A stretch of 64,000 nucleotides of DNA from Felis catus. Taxonomy: Eukaryota. The stretch lies in NCBI RefSeq assembly GCF_018350175.1, contig NC_058368.1, positions 186,870,001 to 186,934,000 on the forward strand. The letters are read 5' to 3'. How positions within the stretch are numbered: the first letter of the stretch is position 1; each line of letters begins with the position of its first letter. Shown one piece after another: positions 1 through 12,519 of this stretch. The translations under genes were made by a program, and so were the position numbers. The notes under the pieces are model-generated. The model did no database searches. It had not been told where the DNA came from and worked only from the letters and a program-made list of their open reading frames with translations.

Positions 1-9
1 AGAGATATC

Positions 10-870
10 TATTCATTCAACAAATATTTATTGAACATTTATCATGTTCCAAGTACTATCCTGGGTGATATGGAAATAAAAGAAGAGAGGCACAACCCTG
101 ATTTGGAGGGAAATCAGAGGTAAGGAAAAACATCTAGGATGAAGTTAGCCAGGAATTGTGAGGAGGGGTGGAAGGATGATATGGGAAAGTATTTCAGAGA
201 GAGAGGTAGTCTTGTTTACAAGAGGCAAGTAAATATGGTATATTTAAAGGAAAGAAGTTAGTATGTCTGGAGAGCAGAGTTCAAGACAGGTGATGGTAAC
301 ACCAGAGAGATGTAAGCAGGGATCAAATCATGAAAGCTCTGTGCTTTCTTCCCTTGAAACTGGGTGGATACTTTGATTTCCGAGACTAGCTTATATAGTG
401 ACATGCACTTCTGTATTATACTCTAGAAACATTTGCTTTTGAAACTCAGTCACAATAAGTGAAGAAGCCCTAACTAGCCCATGTATAAACAAAACAAAAC
501 AAAACAAAACAAAACCCACAAGAGACGCTACACATAAGTATTTTGGACAATCACTGACTAATGTCCAGTCAGCGGCTAACATTAGCCACCAGACACATGA
601 GTGAATTATCCTCCAGATACCAGTCCTCATTTGTCAGGATACTCCTGGTCTTCAAGTATTCCCAGATGAAATACCAGACATTGTGGAACAGAGATAAGCT
701 ATCCTCGTTGTGCTATATCTGAAATCCTAACCTTGGGTGATTTCTTATGCATCAGTACAACCAGAACATGTCATAAGGAGTTTGTTACTTTTTTTCTGAG
801 GCAGTGAGGATCCACTGAAGGGGTTTAAGCACATAAGTAATAGAATCAGGTTAGCATATTAGAAAGAAAG
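10..870 (-). mobile_element. LINE-2 (L2) fragment, interrupted by a MaLR LTR at ~345-767
   Basis: Starts with attcattcaacaaatatttattgaac, the reverse complement of the L2 3' end. L2-like sequence resumes at ~770 (taaggagtttg...ccactgaaggggtttaagca). Confidence 0.75.
345..767 (+). mobile_element. ERVL-MaLR solo LTR (MLT1H-like)
   Basis: cagacacatgagtgaa...ccagacattgtggaacagagataagc...accagaaca resembles the 3' part of MLT1. Confidence 0.65.
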
Positions 871-1830
871 TGTATTTTGTTTTATAACATACATAAAAGT
901 AAAATATGAAAACAAAAACACAAAGCATAGGATAGTGAAACAGAAAGTAATGCCTTCTAAGGTTCTTATTCTATGTGTGAAATCATATACTATTATTTGA
1001 ATGTATACTATATTAAATTAAGGATACACATCATAAGCCCTAAGACAAACACTAAATAATAAGCTAGTAGTAGAGATAAAATAGAATAGTAAAGATATTT
1101 AATTTAAGAGCAGACAGAAAAGAGAAAAAGGAACAGAGAATAGATGGGAACAAATAGAAGGCAACTAGGAAGATGATAGATTTAAATCCAACAATATCAA
1201 TAATTATAGTTGTTCTAACACATCAGTTACAAGACAGAGATTGTCAATCGGATAAAAAAGCAAGACCCAATTATATGTTGTGAACAAGAAACACAGCTTA
1301 AATGTAAATACTTCTACCTAAAAATAAAAGAATGGGAAAAGTATTTTCCATGCAAATAATTACCAAAACAAAATCTGGAATGTTTATCTCAATATAAGAA
1401 AAGTAGACTTCAGAACAAGAAATATTATCAGAAAGAAAGAAGGCATTACATAAAGACATTATTATATACAGGGGTCAGTTCACCAAGAAGTCACAACTAT
1501 GCTAAATGTTATATACCTAACAATAAAATGTCAAGACAAATGAAGCAAAAGCTGATAAAATTGAAGGGAAAAATGGGCAAACCATAATTATAGTTGGAGG
1601 CTTCACTTCTCCTTTCTCAGTCATTGATAGATTAAGTAGACAGAAAAATTAATAAAGATATAGAAGACCAGAACAATACTATCAACTAATTTGACTGAAT
1701 TGGCATGTATGGAATGCTCTGCTAACACTTATTCACATTTTTTTCAGGTGCACATAGACCATATTCTGGACCTTAAATCTCAATAAATTTTTTAAAAGTG
1801 AAATCATATAAATCATGTTCTCTGTAATGG
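870..1830 (+). mobile_element. Ancient L1 (L1M-class), inter-ORF region and decayed ORF2 endonuclease start
   Basis: A-rich, with aagacagagattgtc...aaaaagcaagacccaattatatgttg...caagaaacaca and ataattatagttggaggcttca, which match L1 ORF2 EN motifs. Many stops. Confidence 0.8.
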
Positions 1831-2499
1831 AATTCAGTAAAAATAAACAAAACAAAGTTTCTAAAAAGTAAGCACTGCTTCTTAGAATTTATCATCTGGT
1901 GATAGCAGGGAAACTGGTTGAGATATAAGATAAATATAAATCTTTTAAGTGATGTTGAACTTAACCTAGGTCTTCAAAATTTCAGGGATAGATGGTTTTT
2001 CAAAATTTGGTTTTAACCTTCATGATAGAGGAAGGGAAACTGAGGCCATGAACAGCTGAATAACTTAGCTGGGGTTCCAGGTGCTAGATTCATTGTGGCC
2101 CCAGGACAGTGTGCCAAATTGTGTTAGCATTTGAAGAAGATGAATGTTTCCCCCTTGGAATAAATACCAACTTGTTTGAAAAGAGTCATCTTCAGATAGT
2201 GTTGATTCACCAGGCTGGGAACTGTGCTTTCCTCTGTTCATGTACCAAGAATAATATACAAAATCTGCATTATCTACCATCGCTGTTGGAAAATGAACAG
2301 AAGATATGCATGCCGAGTCATGGGAGAGGGACCGAATAGACTACCCATCTCACTGCTGAATCTGTGAATTTGGTCATTTGATTTAAAAAATATGACACTA
2401 TCTCTATCTACGTGTCTCTATCTACATCTATAATATAAAGTATTTTTTTATTTAGACACTTCATGAGGTACATAGGGATAATGTCAATTTTTATAAGGG

Positions 2500-2940
2500 A
2501 TGTATTATAGTAAAGCTGTTAAGAACTTGAGTTCTAATGACACCTGGGTGGCTCAGTTGGTTAAGCATCCAACTCGCAATTTTGGCTCAAGTCATAATCT
2601 CAAGGCCATGAAATCAAGCCCCATGTCAGGCTCCACACTGAGCATGGCATCTGCTTAAGATTTTCTTTCTTCATCTTCCTCTGCCCCTCTCCCTCTTGCA
2701 TGCTCTTCCTCTCTCTCTCTCTGAAAAAGAGAGAGAGAGACAGGCAGAGAGACGGAGAACTTGAGTTCTAAATTTAAATAATCCTGTGGTCAAATTCCCA
2801 GCTCTGCTACTTTGTGCATGTAACCTCACTAGTGCTTACATTGGGCATAATAGCAGCACTTTGTCATAACTTGGTTGGGTGAATTCTTGAACAGATATAT
2901 GAGAAAACACTTAGCATAGTGCCTGGCACAAAGTAAACCT
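2500..2940 (+). mobile_element. MIR, split by a CanSINE
   Basis: tcaaattcccagctctgctact...cacttagcatagtgcctggcacaaagtaa is the MIR core and 3' end. Confidence 0.75.
2538..2755 (+). mobile_element. CanSINE (older carnivore SINEC subfamily)
   Basis: tRNA-derived head cacctgggtggctcagttggttaagc and a CT tract. 16-bp TSD agaacttgagttctaa at 2522-2537 and 2756-2771. Confidence 0.92.
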
Positions 2941-3369
2941 TTGTGTGGTTGTATGTCCCTCCATTCTGTTATACCCGCTCTGCTTTTGTTGTCTGGTCTT
3001 CTTTGTGAATATCATCCTGTTACTGCCCTATTTCCTTGCCTCCTATCAACCAGCATGTGTGTTTTTTTTTTAAATATCTAACACATGCACAAATTTTTAT
3101 TCAATGTTGGAGAAATTAACAAAGAAATTAGATTATTTCTTTGGTAAGTAAAAAAGTTTTTATATAAAGCAAACCAGGGAGAAGTGTGAATATTTTCCCC
3201 ATTTTTATCAGATAAGGAAACTTTTCAGTAGAAAGTTTATCCTCCTTTTTGTGGTATGCCACATTTTCTCAGCAGGTACCTCCCTCACTAGACCCCTTCA
3301 CCCCATCAAAAGACAAACATTCTTTTAATGGAAAATGCTTAAGTGTTTAATTAAAAGAATTCAAAGACA

Positions 3370-3566
3370 GGGGTGCCTGGGTGACTCAGTTGATTGAGCG
3401 TCCGACTTCAGCTCAGGTCATGATCCCACAGTCCATGGGTTCGAGCCCTGCGTTGGGCACGGTGCTGACAGAGCCTGGAGCCTGCTTCAGATTCTGTGTC
3501 TCCCTCTCTCTCTGCCCATCCCCTGCTCCAGTTCTGTCTCTCTCTCTCAAAAATAAATAAACATAA
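3370..3566 (+). mobile_element. Feliform CanSINE; its A-tail resumes after the nested SINE, to ~3828
   Basis: ggggtgcctgggtgactcagttg head, gttcgagccc B box, CT tract, aaaataaataaac. Confidence 0.92.
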
Positions 3567-3803
3567 GGGGCGCCTGGGTGGCGCAGTCGGTTAAGCGTCC
3601 GACTTCAGCCAGGTCAAGATCTCGCCGTAGGTGAGTTCGAGCCCCGCGTCGGGCTCTGGGCTGATGGCTCAGAGCCTGGAGCCTGTTTCCGATTCTGTGT
3701 CTCCCTCTCTCTCTCTGCCCCTCCCCCGTTCATGCTCTGTCTCTCTCTGTCCCAAAAATAAATAAACGTTGAAAAAAAAAATTTAAAAAAATAAATAAAT
3801 AAA
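3567..3803 (+). mobile_element. Young felid SINE (SINEC_Fc-like) inserted into the tail of the preceding SINE
   Basis: ggggcgcctgggtggcgcagtcggttaagcgtccgacttcagccaggtca...gggctgatggctcagagcc with CpGs intact. Confidence 0.95.
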
Positions 3804-6329
3804 TAAACACAAAAAATTTAAAAAAAAATTCACAGGGTCCATGAGTACAGAGCTAAGTGGTTAGTATTTGGAAGCTATGAGAACAATTCTGGAAACAAAA
3901 GATGAACAGATGCAAAATAAAATCACATATCTTGCTAAAGCCAGTTAATCACCTAAATCCCTTGCTTCAAATTTACAGCTCTCTAGAGGCTTACTCAAGC
4001 CAAATGGATCAGTCCATTTCCATAAAGAAAGAATTAGAACATATTATTTTTCTCCTAAAAGATTTGAGATTTTGACTCATAGGTGCTTCTATTTCTGATA
4101 CACAGTATGACTACTAAAAATTAGCCCCACATAGTATAATATGCTTGAATTCTGTGCTGTGCTAATATTCCTGCAGTTCCCTATGCTGTGTGAGCCCTTT
4201 AGATAATACTGACCAGTTCAGTCCCTGTCGCTAAACTTGCCCTAAGCACTGGCATGCTGGTCACACAGGCCACCTATTCTCTGCCCAGACCAGCTTTTTC
4301 ATCATGACTGTTGGATTTTTCTTTTGTCATGATGAATTCCTTTTAGAGGCCCCATTTTTGATAGAAAATCTTTTTTTAGAACTGTTCTAATTTATCAGAG
4401 AATTTCTAATAACTTCTCCAAAAGGAAAGCGGTTGGTTTCCATCCCTTTCCTTCCAAAACGATCGTTTAAAGCTTCATTAATCAACCAGCTTGCACCACT
4501 AGCTTAGCTCAGGTGCTGTCAACATATTAAAGAGTTCCTGCAAGTACTGTGAGCTTCTGAATCTAGCCTTTCCTGAAAGGAAACAGATTCTTCTCAGAAC
4601 AAAGAAGACTTCTTCAAGAAGCTTTGTTATCTTAAAATAGCTGGAAACTTTAATGTGGTGACTCCTTTTATACCGAACAAACATTGTAATAATTAAGTCC
4701 AGAGAGAATTCCATGAAGCTTAAAAACAGTAGATTTTGAACGATTAAAAGGCAATTCTGGGTTTTAAACTGGGAATTAAATATGTGGAATTTTCTTGAAG
4801 CTGAATCTCTGCATAAGTTCCAAACATGTTCTAGAAGAGAGACTCCACATGGAGATCAGTTAAGCTTTTGAGAAATGGCTTCATAGTTTGACAGAAACTG
4901 AGAGGAACACATCACCAACAGGCAAAATGTTCAATTAAAATTGAATTAATATTCTTGAGATCGACTTAGCACAAGTTCTGTACCAGGCACTATGCTCAGG
5001 TAGAGACAGCACATAAGCCATGGTATTGACCCTTGTGGAGTTTGAGTTGGACACTTCTAGTAATTAAGTAAATGAAACTCTAGAAACTATAAAACAGAGT
5101 AACTCCACCCTCCTCAAAGTCTATTGTAGATTGTTATAATTGTTAGCAGAGTAGTTTGAGAATCTTTGCATTCAACAAAAGTAAACAGGTTTCTTTACTG
5201 TGAGCCTTTGTAATAGGTTTTATAAATATCCAAGATAATTTTGCAGTATGCAAAGTTTTCTACATGTACAAACAGAGAAGCTGTTTTTATGTTTGGAGCA
5301 TCTTTCAGAGCTGGGGAGTGATCTGCAGAACCATCGTTGGGAATTGCTCTAGTCCTTTCTTTCTTTCCAGCTATAATATTTTGAGACAGAGAAAATGGTA
5401 CTGGTACAGACCTCGAGCTTGCCACTCATGCCAGTAAAGGAGAAAGTACAGCAATATTCTAATATCAATTAACTTCTTTGCCTCATTATGCAGTTACATC
5501 CAGGTTTTGATTAATGGAAGCATTATTGGAAACAACAGTGCCTGATTCCTTTTCAGGCAAGGCAGCACATTATTCCTAAAGGTGGGCACATTAATCTTTC
5601 TTCCTTTGTTTACTTTTACCCTCTTTCTTCTTTATAAATGGCTACCTATGCCATTTCTGAGAGATCTTTAATTTGGATGAATTTGACCACAGGAAAATAC
5701 CCTTCACTAGAGAGGGATCTACAATAAGAAATATGTATGACTCACTCATACATATATGTGTACCCCTAACCTACTCCAGTTGTGAGACCCAACTTAAATA
5801 AAGCAAGCTATTTCAAGTCTGTGTTTTAAAGAGATGAATTTAAGTAGCTTGAAAGCCATGAATTTAATACATATGAGCTGTTATTTGGCCTATTGCCTGG
5901 AAAAGGCTGGAAAATGCAAAATAATTAAATTAAAGTAGAAGGACAAAGAATACAACACCCACCTCTGACTTTGGGAACCAGAACTTCTTTTTCTGTGGAA
6001 AAACAGGACCCTATAAGAGTGTTGGGCTTTGGAGAGGCAAGTGTGGCTGTAAATCAAACAAGTGAAAAGCTGGGAAGAAATTTAGAAATCAGACTAAAGA
6101 ATTCACATAAAGAATAAAAAATTGAAGACTTCTTTGTGCGTGTTTAGAGAGAATGCCTGGGATTACTCACAGGGGTAAAAATGTGTTCTAATGCTCAGTG
6201 AACTACTCTTGTGCCTCCACTACAACTCTCTTAAAGGACTTGTTGTCCCATTTATCTGATTCTAGAGACCCAGATCCTTCTTCAATCAGTTCTACACCAT
6301 TCCTTCACACTTCTTTAAATGCCATCATT

Positions 6330-7290
6330 AGTGAGAGATAGTGGTGGTTTAAACTAAGACAAAGCTGTCATGGTGGAGAGAAGTGGTCAGGTTTGTGATA
6401 GACAAGACTTAATGGTGAACCAGATGTGTGGTGTAAGAGAAAGAGAGGAGTGAAGATCAACTCTGATATTTTAGGGCCTAAGCAGAAAAATAATTATACA
6501 TGTATATTATGAGATTCAGAGATGCATATTAGGCCATCTCAAGGGAGAAATGAGAGCTGAAGGTGAAAACATGGGAGTTATCCATGAGTGAAAAGATAAT
6601 ATTTAAAGCCATAGACAGTAAGTGTACATAGAGATGAGAAGAAGATCTGGGACTGAGCTCTATTCTAAAAGAGGAAGAAGATCAAGCCACAGAAATGAGA
6701 GAGGAACAGCAAATGACAAGGGAAAAGCAAATATTCTCAAAGTCAACTGAAGCTGGTATGTCAATAGGTGGAAGTTATGTAACAGTGCAGAATGCTACTG
6801 AGACATTGGTGAGGACAGGTGAGGACAGGGCAAGAGTGATTTCACAATTGTAATAAAAGGAGGAAAACTACATGGCTACAAAAGCTTGAAGGCTGATGGA
6901 TTTTCCAGTGGAAATTCTCTTCTTTTTTTTTTTAATTTTTTTTTAACGTTTATTTATTTTTGAGACAGAGAGAGACAGAGCATGAACAGGGGAGGGGCAG
7001 AGAGAGAGGGAGACACAGAATCTGAAACGGGCTCCAGGCTCTGAGCTGTCAGCCCAGAGCCTGACGCGGGGCTCGAACTCACGGACCGCGAGATCGTGAC
7101 CTGGCTGAAGTCGGACGCTTAACCGACTGCGCCACCCAGGCGCCCCTGGAAATTCTCTTCTGATAGCTTCTATTTTCTCCCTGAAATAAAAAGCAGGATC
7201 ATCAGACGTGAATGAATGGTGAGAGGAGTGTACTGGAAGGTTGAGGAGAAAGATTTGAAGTGGTTCTCTTGCAAAATGATAAAGTACACT
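6330..7290 (-). mobile_element. L2 internal fragment, split by a SINE
   Basis: Purine-rich L2-like motifs (ggagagaagtgg, atttaaagccatagac, tgatagcttctattttctc). Confidence 0.65.
6924..7146 (-). mobile_element. Young felid SINE (SINEC_Fc-like)
   Basis: Reverse-complement full-length SINE ending ...gactgcgccacccaggcgcccc. Perfect 15-bp TSD tggaaattctcttct at 6909-6923 and 7147-7161. Confidence 0.96.
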
Positions 7291-7344
7291 GACCAGGAAA
7301 ATATTTGTGAATTGTCAGGTATTGCCAAGGGCCCACTTGAGGTT

Positions 7345-7750
7345 TATGGTCATATTTCTGTATTTTGCCTTCGTTCTCTGCCTTAATCCTCTTTGTGCCC
7401 AGATGGATAACTGCTTCTCTTAGCTTGCATCTCATCACCTTAGCAAATCCAATGGAAAGAAATATCCTCTTTCCCAAGAGTTCCAGTAATATTCTAAGTG
7501 AATTCTCATCTGCTGGACTTCAGTGCTTACTTAGGCTTGATCTCCTTGCTGTGGTTGGGGGGATGCTGTGCTCTGATTAGCTGAGCCAGGTGTCCTCCCA
7601 GGAGCCAGGGGGTTAGGGTAGATTCAGCCTCATTGAAACACAAGGACGTAATGGGGAAGGGCGACATCTCAAAGAAAATCATAGTACATGTTAACATACA
7701 AAGGAGGAATAGAGATTATGCAGGCAAAACAGCCAACATCCATCACTGCA
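7345..7750 (-). mobile_element. MaLR LTR fragment (MLT1K-like)
   Basis: tagcaaatccaatggaaaga...cctctttcccaagagttccag...gctctgattagctgagccagg...ccatcactgca. Confidence 0.55.
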
Positions 7751-8559
7751 TATTATTGGTATATCATTTACTGGAAAATTTGCAGGACGGTGGCATCAAA
7801 CATCATAAATGACCTCTAAGTACTCTTTCCATTCGAATAGTCTGTAATTCCCTAGTTTTGAAACTCCCATACTGGGCATATGTGGCTGGGGAAGGGAATG
7901 AATGAACAATCACTGTATTGATGATTTTCACCAATCCTCTAAAATATTCACCAGCTACTCCTATTCAATACATTTTAAACCTTCTACTAATATAAAAACT
8001 CTTCCTGCAGCCCTCTGTTTTACATTGCTACACAAGCACTATTTTCTTCAGGATTTTTTAATACCTGTCATATCACATTGAATTTTCCTTACAGAGTTCC
8101 CCATATTAAAAAAAAAAAGATTCACTTTTAACACTTTCTACACCATCACCACACAAAAACACCATCATTATGTTTTTATTTAGTTCTAAATATATATGTT
8201 TTTTAAAAATTACCTTCCTAACAATTTTGTTGTGGGTTTACAGTATCTGCACAATCACATAAATTGCTATGGTAATATTATAAAATTATTTCAAATCACA
8301 AGGCTTCCGTGAAACCATGCATGCTGAATTTGAAAATAACTGCTGAAAACCCTGCATTTCAGATAAGAAAGTTCCAGATAAGCAGAGACTCTTAACTCTG
8401 TTTACTGTCCTAATTTTTTTCCCCTTAACTTACCATTAAGTTCTTGGTTTTGAGTGATAACAAACAGTATAAAAAATGAACCCTGCTCACAAAAAAAGAG
8501 CTACATCGATATTAGAAAGAATCCTATTAACTAAACATAAGATAGATTTATTTCTCCAT

Positions 8560-9240
8560 CTGCCATATACAAACTTATACAACCCTGGGCAAATAAATCA
8601 CTTGCCATGCATTAGTTTGCTTATCTACAAAATGGGAGTGAAAATATTAAGCCACCTTTTAGGCTTATTATAATGTATTTATTCTTTATTATGGCAAGAA
8701 TATTTAATATGAAATCTACCCTTTTAAAAAAATTTAAGAGTACAATACAGCATCGTTAACTATAGGTACGATGATGTATAGCAGATCTCTAGAATTTACT
8801 AATTTAGCATAATTGAAACTTTCTACACATTGAAACACAATTCCCCATTTTTCCTTCCCTGCTCTCCCTGGCAACCACCATTCTACTTTCTGTTTCTATG
8901 AGTTTGACTATTTTAGATACCTCATGTAAATGGAATCATGCAATACTTTTCCTTCTGTTCCTGGCTTGTTTCACTTAACATAATGTCATTCAAGTTCACC
9001 CAGCATTATTCATAACAGCTAAGATATTAAAACAACCTAGGTGTCCATTAACAGATGAATGGATAAAGAAAATGTGGTATATACATGCAATGGAATATTA
9101 TTCAGCCTTTAAAAAGAAGAAAATCCTTCCATATGCAATGACATGGGTGAACCCAGAGGACATTACACTAAGCTTATTAGAATTTTAAAAAGATAAAGTA
9201 GACATAGGTTTGAACACAGTGTTTGTGACTGAATAATGAT
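8560..9240 (+). mobile_element. MIR, split by the L1 at 8677-9171
   Basis: ctgggcaaat...agtttgcttatctacaaaatggga lies before the L1, and taaaaagataa...gaacacagtgtttg after it. Confidence 0.7.
8677..9171 (-). mobile_element. 5'-truncated, 5'-inverted L1 (L1MA-class 3' end)
   Basis: 8677-9000 is the L1 3' end on the minus strand. 9001-9171 is the adjoining ORF2 end on the plus strand (gatgaatggataaagaaaatgtggtatatac). Degenerate TSD gcttatta(t/g)aat at 8663 and 9172. Confidence 0.85.
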
Positions 9241-9446
9241 TTGTGCCCTCTCTTTCTATCTGCCAACTCTCATAGCACGAGGACATCACAGGTGTGCTTC
9301 TCCAAGCTCACTTCTGCTTTCTTGGCAATTCATTCTCCCATCTGCCAGCTAGAAGCCAAAACAAATGGTTCATTTTGGACTACCCCTCTTAGCCAGGAGG
9401 CAGGGCATAGAGAGGGCATTGTTCTGTGGAATTTGTAATGAATGGT

Positions 9447-9870
9447 TGTTATCTTAGGTCAGATCCCCTGGAAGCAGAGCCTAAGATGGTAATTTGTATA
9501 CAAGTGAACCATTGAGGGAGGGTTCTCAGGGGAAATCAATTTAAAAGTTAGAAAACAAGATCAGACAGAGAAGATGCTAGTCAAAGACTCAGCCTGATCC
9601 TACAGAGCACTCCACAGCCACAATGGCACCACCCAAACATCCCACCTTGGAGCAAGAGAACAAGCTTTTAATCCTCCATATAAGTTAGTCATTACATGAC
9701 TGAGAGATATACCTGTGGTTGGGACTGGGGATGCTGGCTTATCCTCCTAGGGGTCCCTGAAGAAGGTGGCTTCTACTGCCCTAAGGCAAATTTTTGAAGA
9801 AAAATTGCAGCTACTAGCCATCAGCAGCCAACAAACATAGCAGCTGAGCCTACTAAAAGGGATCTGGACT
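9447..9870 (-). mobile_element. ERVL solo LTR (LTR16-like)
   Basis: tcttaggtcagatcccctggaagcagagcctaagatgg...attgagggagggttctcaggg resembles the LTR16 terminus. Confidence 0.6.
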
Positions 9871-11903
9871 TAACTTTTCACTTTTTTCTCTTCTGCATTC
9901 TCATTCACTAAACAAACCACTCCCCATTATCCCTACCACACACGTACACAGTTAACTGCCTCCACAATGGAAAGAACAATGTTATTTGGTAGGAATTACT
10001 ATTAAGTTCAGGATAATTGAGGGATAAAGTATGGTAACATTATGGTGCCCAAGTAATAAGTGTAATGAGATTTTTTTTCTAGAAAGAATGTAGTCTAAAA
10101 CTTCATTATATGGAAGTCAGCAGTAGAACCACCATTTACCTGTGAGCAACTATTATGTGTCAGAAACTGTTTTTTTAATATACAATAATGTATATTAAAT
10201 ATACAATTTAATTTTTTAATATACAATAATGTATATAATATATACAATAATGTATATCAAATAAGCAGTTTCTGACACACAACAGTATAATTTTATGTAC
10301 AACATAAATGTATAATTTTATATACAATAACATATACAAGATATTATGTCATTTGATCTTTGTAGTAAATTGACCAAGGCCATATAGACTTTGACACAGA
10401 ACCAGAGTTCAAATTCTGGTCTAGATGGTGACTCTGGAGTTGAAACTCCTTACTGTTATACTATATTTCCTTGCTTCTTGAGGATATAGGGTATTTGCAT
10501 TTGTCCCTCCTGGTACTTACATGACAAGCATTCATGTATTGGAGAGGACACACACACTCAGAGGAAGAGAGAGACAGAATAATATGGTTAAAAAACAAAA
10601 GAGTAACTACCATTATAGGAACAAACAAACAAAAATGCTGACTTACTAAGACTAGCAATACCATACACTGATCAGGAGCATTGACTTACAGGTTCATAAC
10701 TAAATGATTATTGTTTGAGATGAAAATATCTATATTTTATGACCTTCTCATACTCCTTAAATTTGGAAAGTGGCATTGCCCTGGCTTCTTAACCCTGATC
10801 CCAGCTTAATGCAGAAAATGTATGTATTCATTGAAACAAGGCAGCTCCAAGCTGTCCAGCTTTGAAGCAGGACACAGGGGAGAGGCGCCTTCTTTACTTA
10901 AGATTCTCTGTTGGGGAGCAGAGTTTTGAAGTTGACCTCAAGAGCCAGAGTAGACAGATAGAAACATTTTCGTTCCCAGAGAGACTCAGCTCAAGTTCTG
11001 CATCAAATGCTTTCTGCTCTCTTTTCTCCTCTTGAACAATAAGAGACCCAATCAGTCTCCTTGGAAAGCCCTGTTGGGGGAGGCTACCTCCCCCTCAGTT
11101 ACCTTGCTTCAATCTCATCTCAAGTCCTTTCATAGAATGTGGAAATTACTTTCAACTTGAGAATTTAAAAGGAAAAGTTTGACCTAAAGTTTTCCCCACT
11201 GAGGCATCCAAGGCAACGAGTTCCCTGCCCCTCCCTCTTCCTTACCTAAAGCTTTTTACCTGATTACTGGCAGAAATGATAAGAAAAAAGACTTCATAAG
11301 TGGATTGGGAGCCTCTGCTTAATTTTCAGTTTGACAATATTTGGAAAATGAGTTTTAAATATGGTGCATTAGGATGAAGGAATGAAGAAATATTTTTCTG
11401 ACAAATAAAAGTCAAGGATATTTACAAACCATTACCAGAGAGTCCAATAAACTATACATTTATAAGTAGCTTCCAGTCAACTAATCCCTCTTGGTTTTCA
11501 GGAGTATATAGTTAGGAAAACTTTCTCTGCTTTGTTGTTCATCTGCTTGTTGGTGATAAATTATTAATGTGACTCTGATATACTAAGGGGGTTCCTGACA
11601 CTCTTCCTGCTCCTCCTCCAGGGGCATCACTGCTGAGATGAACTTGTTTGAGGAAACTGCATTTGATCATTCATTCTTGTTGAGCACCTACTATCTGTCA
11701 GGCTATAAGGAATACAGCCATAGAAACCAGTCTTTGACTTCAAGGTGCAGAGACAAAGAGTTAATTACAATGCTCTGTGTTAAATGATGGAGGAAGAAGA
11801 TTCTCTGTGAACATGGAGAGCAAGGCCCTGAGCATCTCATCTAGGCTGGCTATAGACAGATACCAAGGATCTGGTAATGAGGTGAGCTCTAAAATGTAGG
11901 TGA

Positions 11904-12125
11904 GGGGCGCCTGGGTGGCGCAGTCGGTTAAGCGTCCGACTTCGGCCAGGTCATGATCTCGCGGTCCGTGAGTTCGAGCCCCGCGTCAGGCTCTGGGCTG
12001 ATGGCTCAGAACCTGGAGCCTGTATCCGATTCTGTGTCTCCCTCTCTCTCTGCCCCTCCCCCATTCATGCTCTGTCTCTCTCTGTCCCAAAAAATAAATA
12101 AACGTTGAAAAAAAAATTAAAAAAA
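11904..12125 (+). mobile_element. Young felid SINE (SINEC_Fc-like)
   Basis: Full-length with CpGs intact. 14-bp TSD taaaatgtaggtga at 11890-11903 and 12126-12139. Confidence 0.96.
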
Positions 12126-12519
12126 TAAAATGTAGGTGATATTTCAAATAGGTCAAGAGGTTCTAAGAACCTGAGAAAGAGCATTGGATACAGGAATGAA
12201 GGCAGAATATGCCAAAAACTAGGGAGAAGATCCTGGCTAGAACAATGTTGAATACATTGCTCCAGGTACACATTGACTCATTTAATTGACTTGCAAACTG
12301 TATCAGTTAGGAATAGTTAGGTGGCAAGTAACAGAAAATTCATCCCTGGGAGACTTAATTACAATAGAGAGCTGATGGATTCATGTCACTTAGTAGTCCA
12401 AAGGTGTATCTCGGCTATGAAAAAGCTAACTCTCACTTTTGCAAGCAATTGAGGAAGGGAGCCAGATATACCCTTCATCTGGAATGATAATACTTTGTTT
12501 TCTCTACCATCTTTAAACA

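Noticed and set aside
4499..5425. Minus-strand ORFs 4499-4714 and 5195-5425, plus a plus-strand acceptor-like tract ending at 5370
   Set aside because: No recognisable homology and no convincing paired donor. The splice signals conflict in strand.
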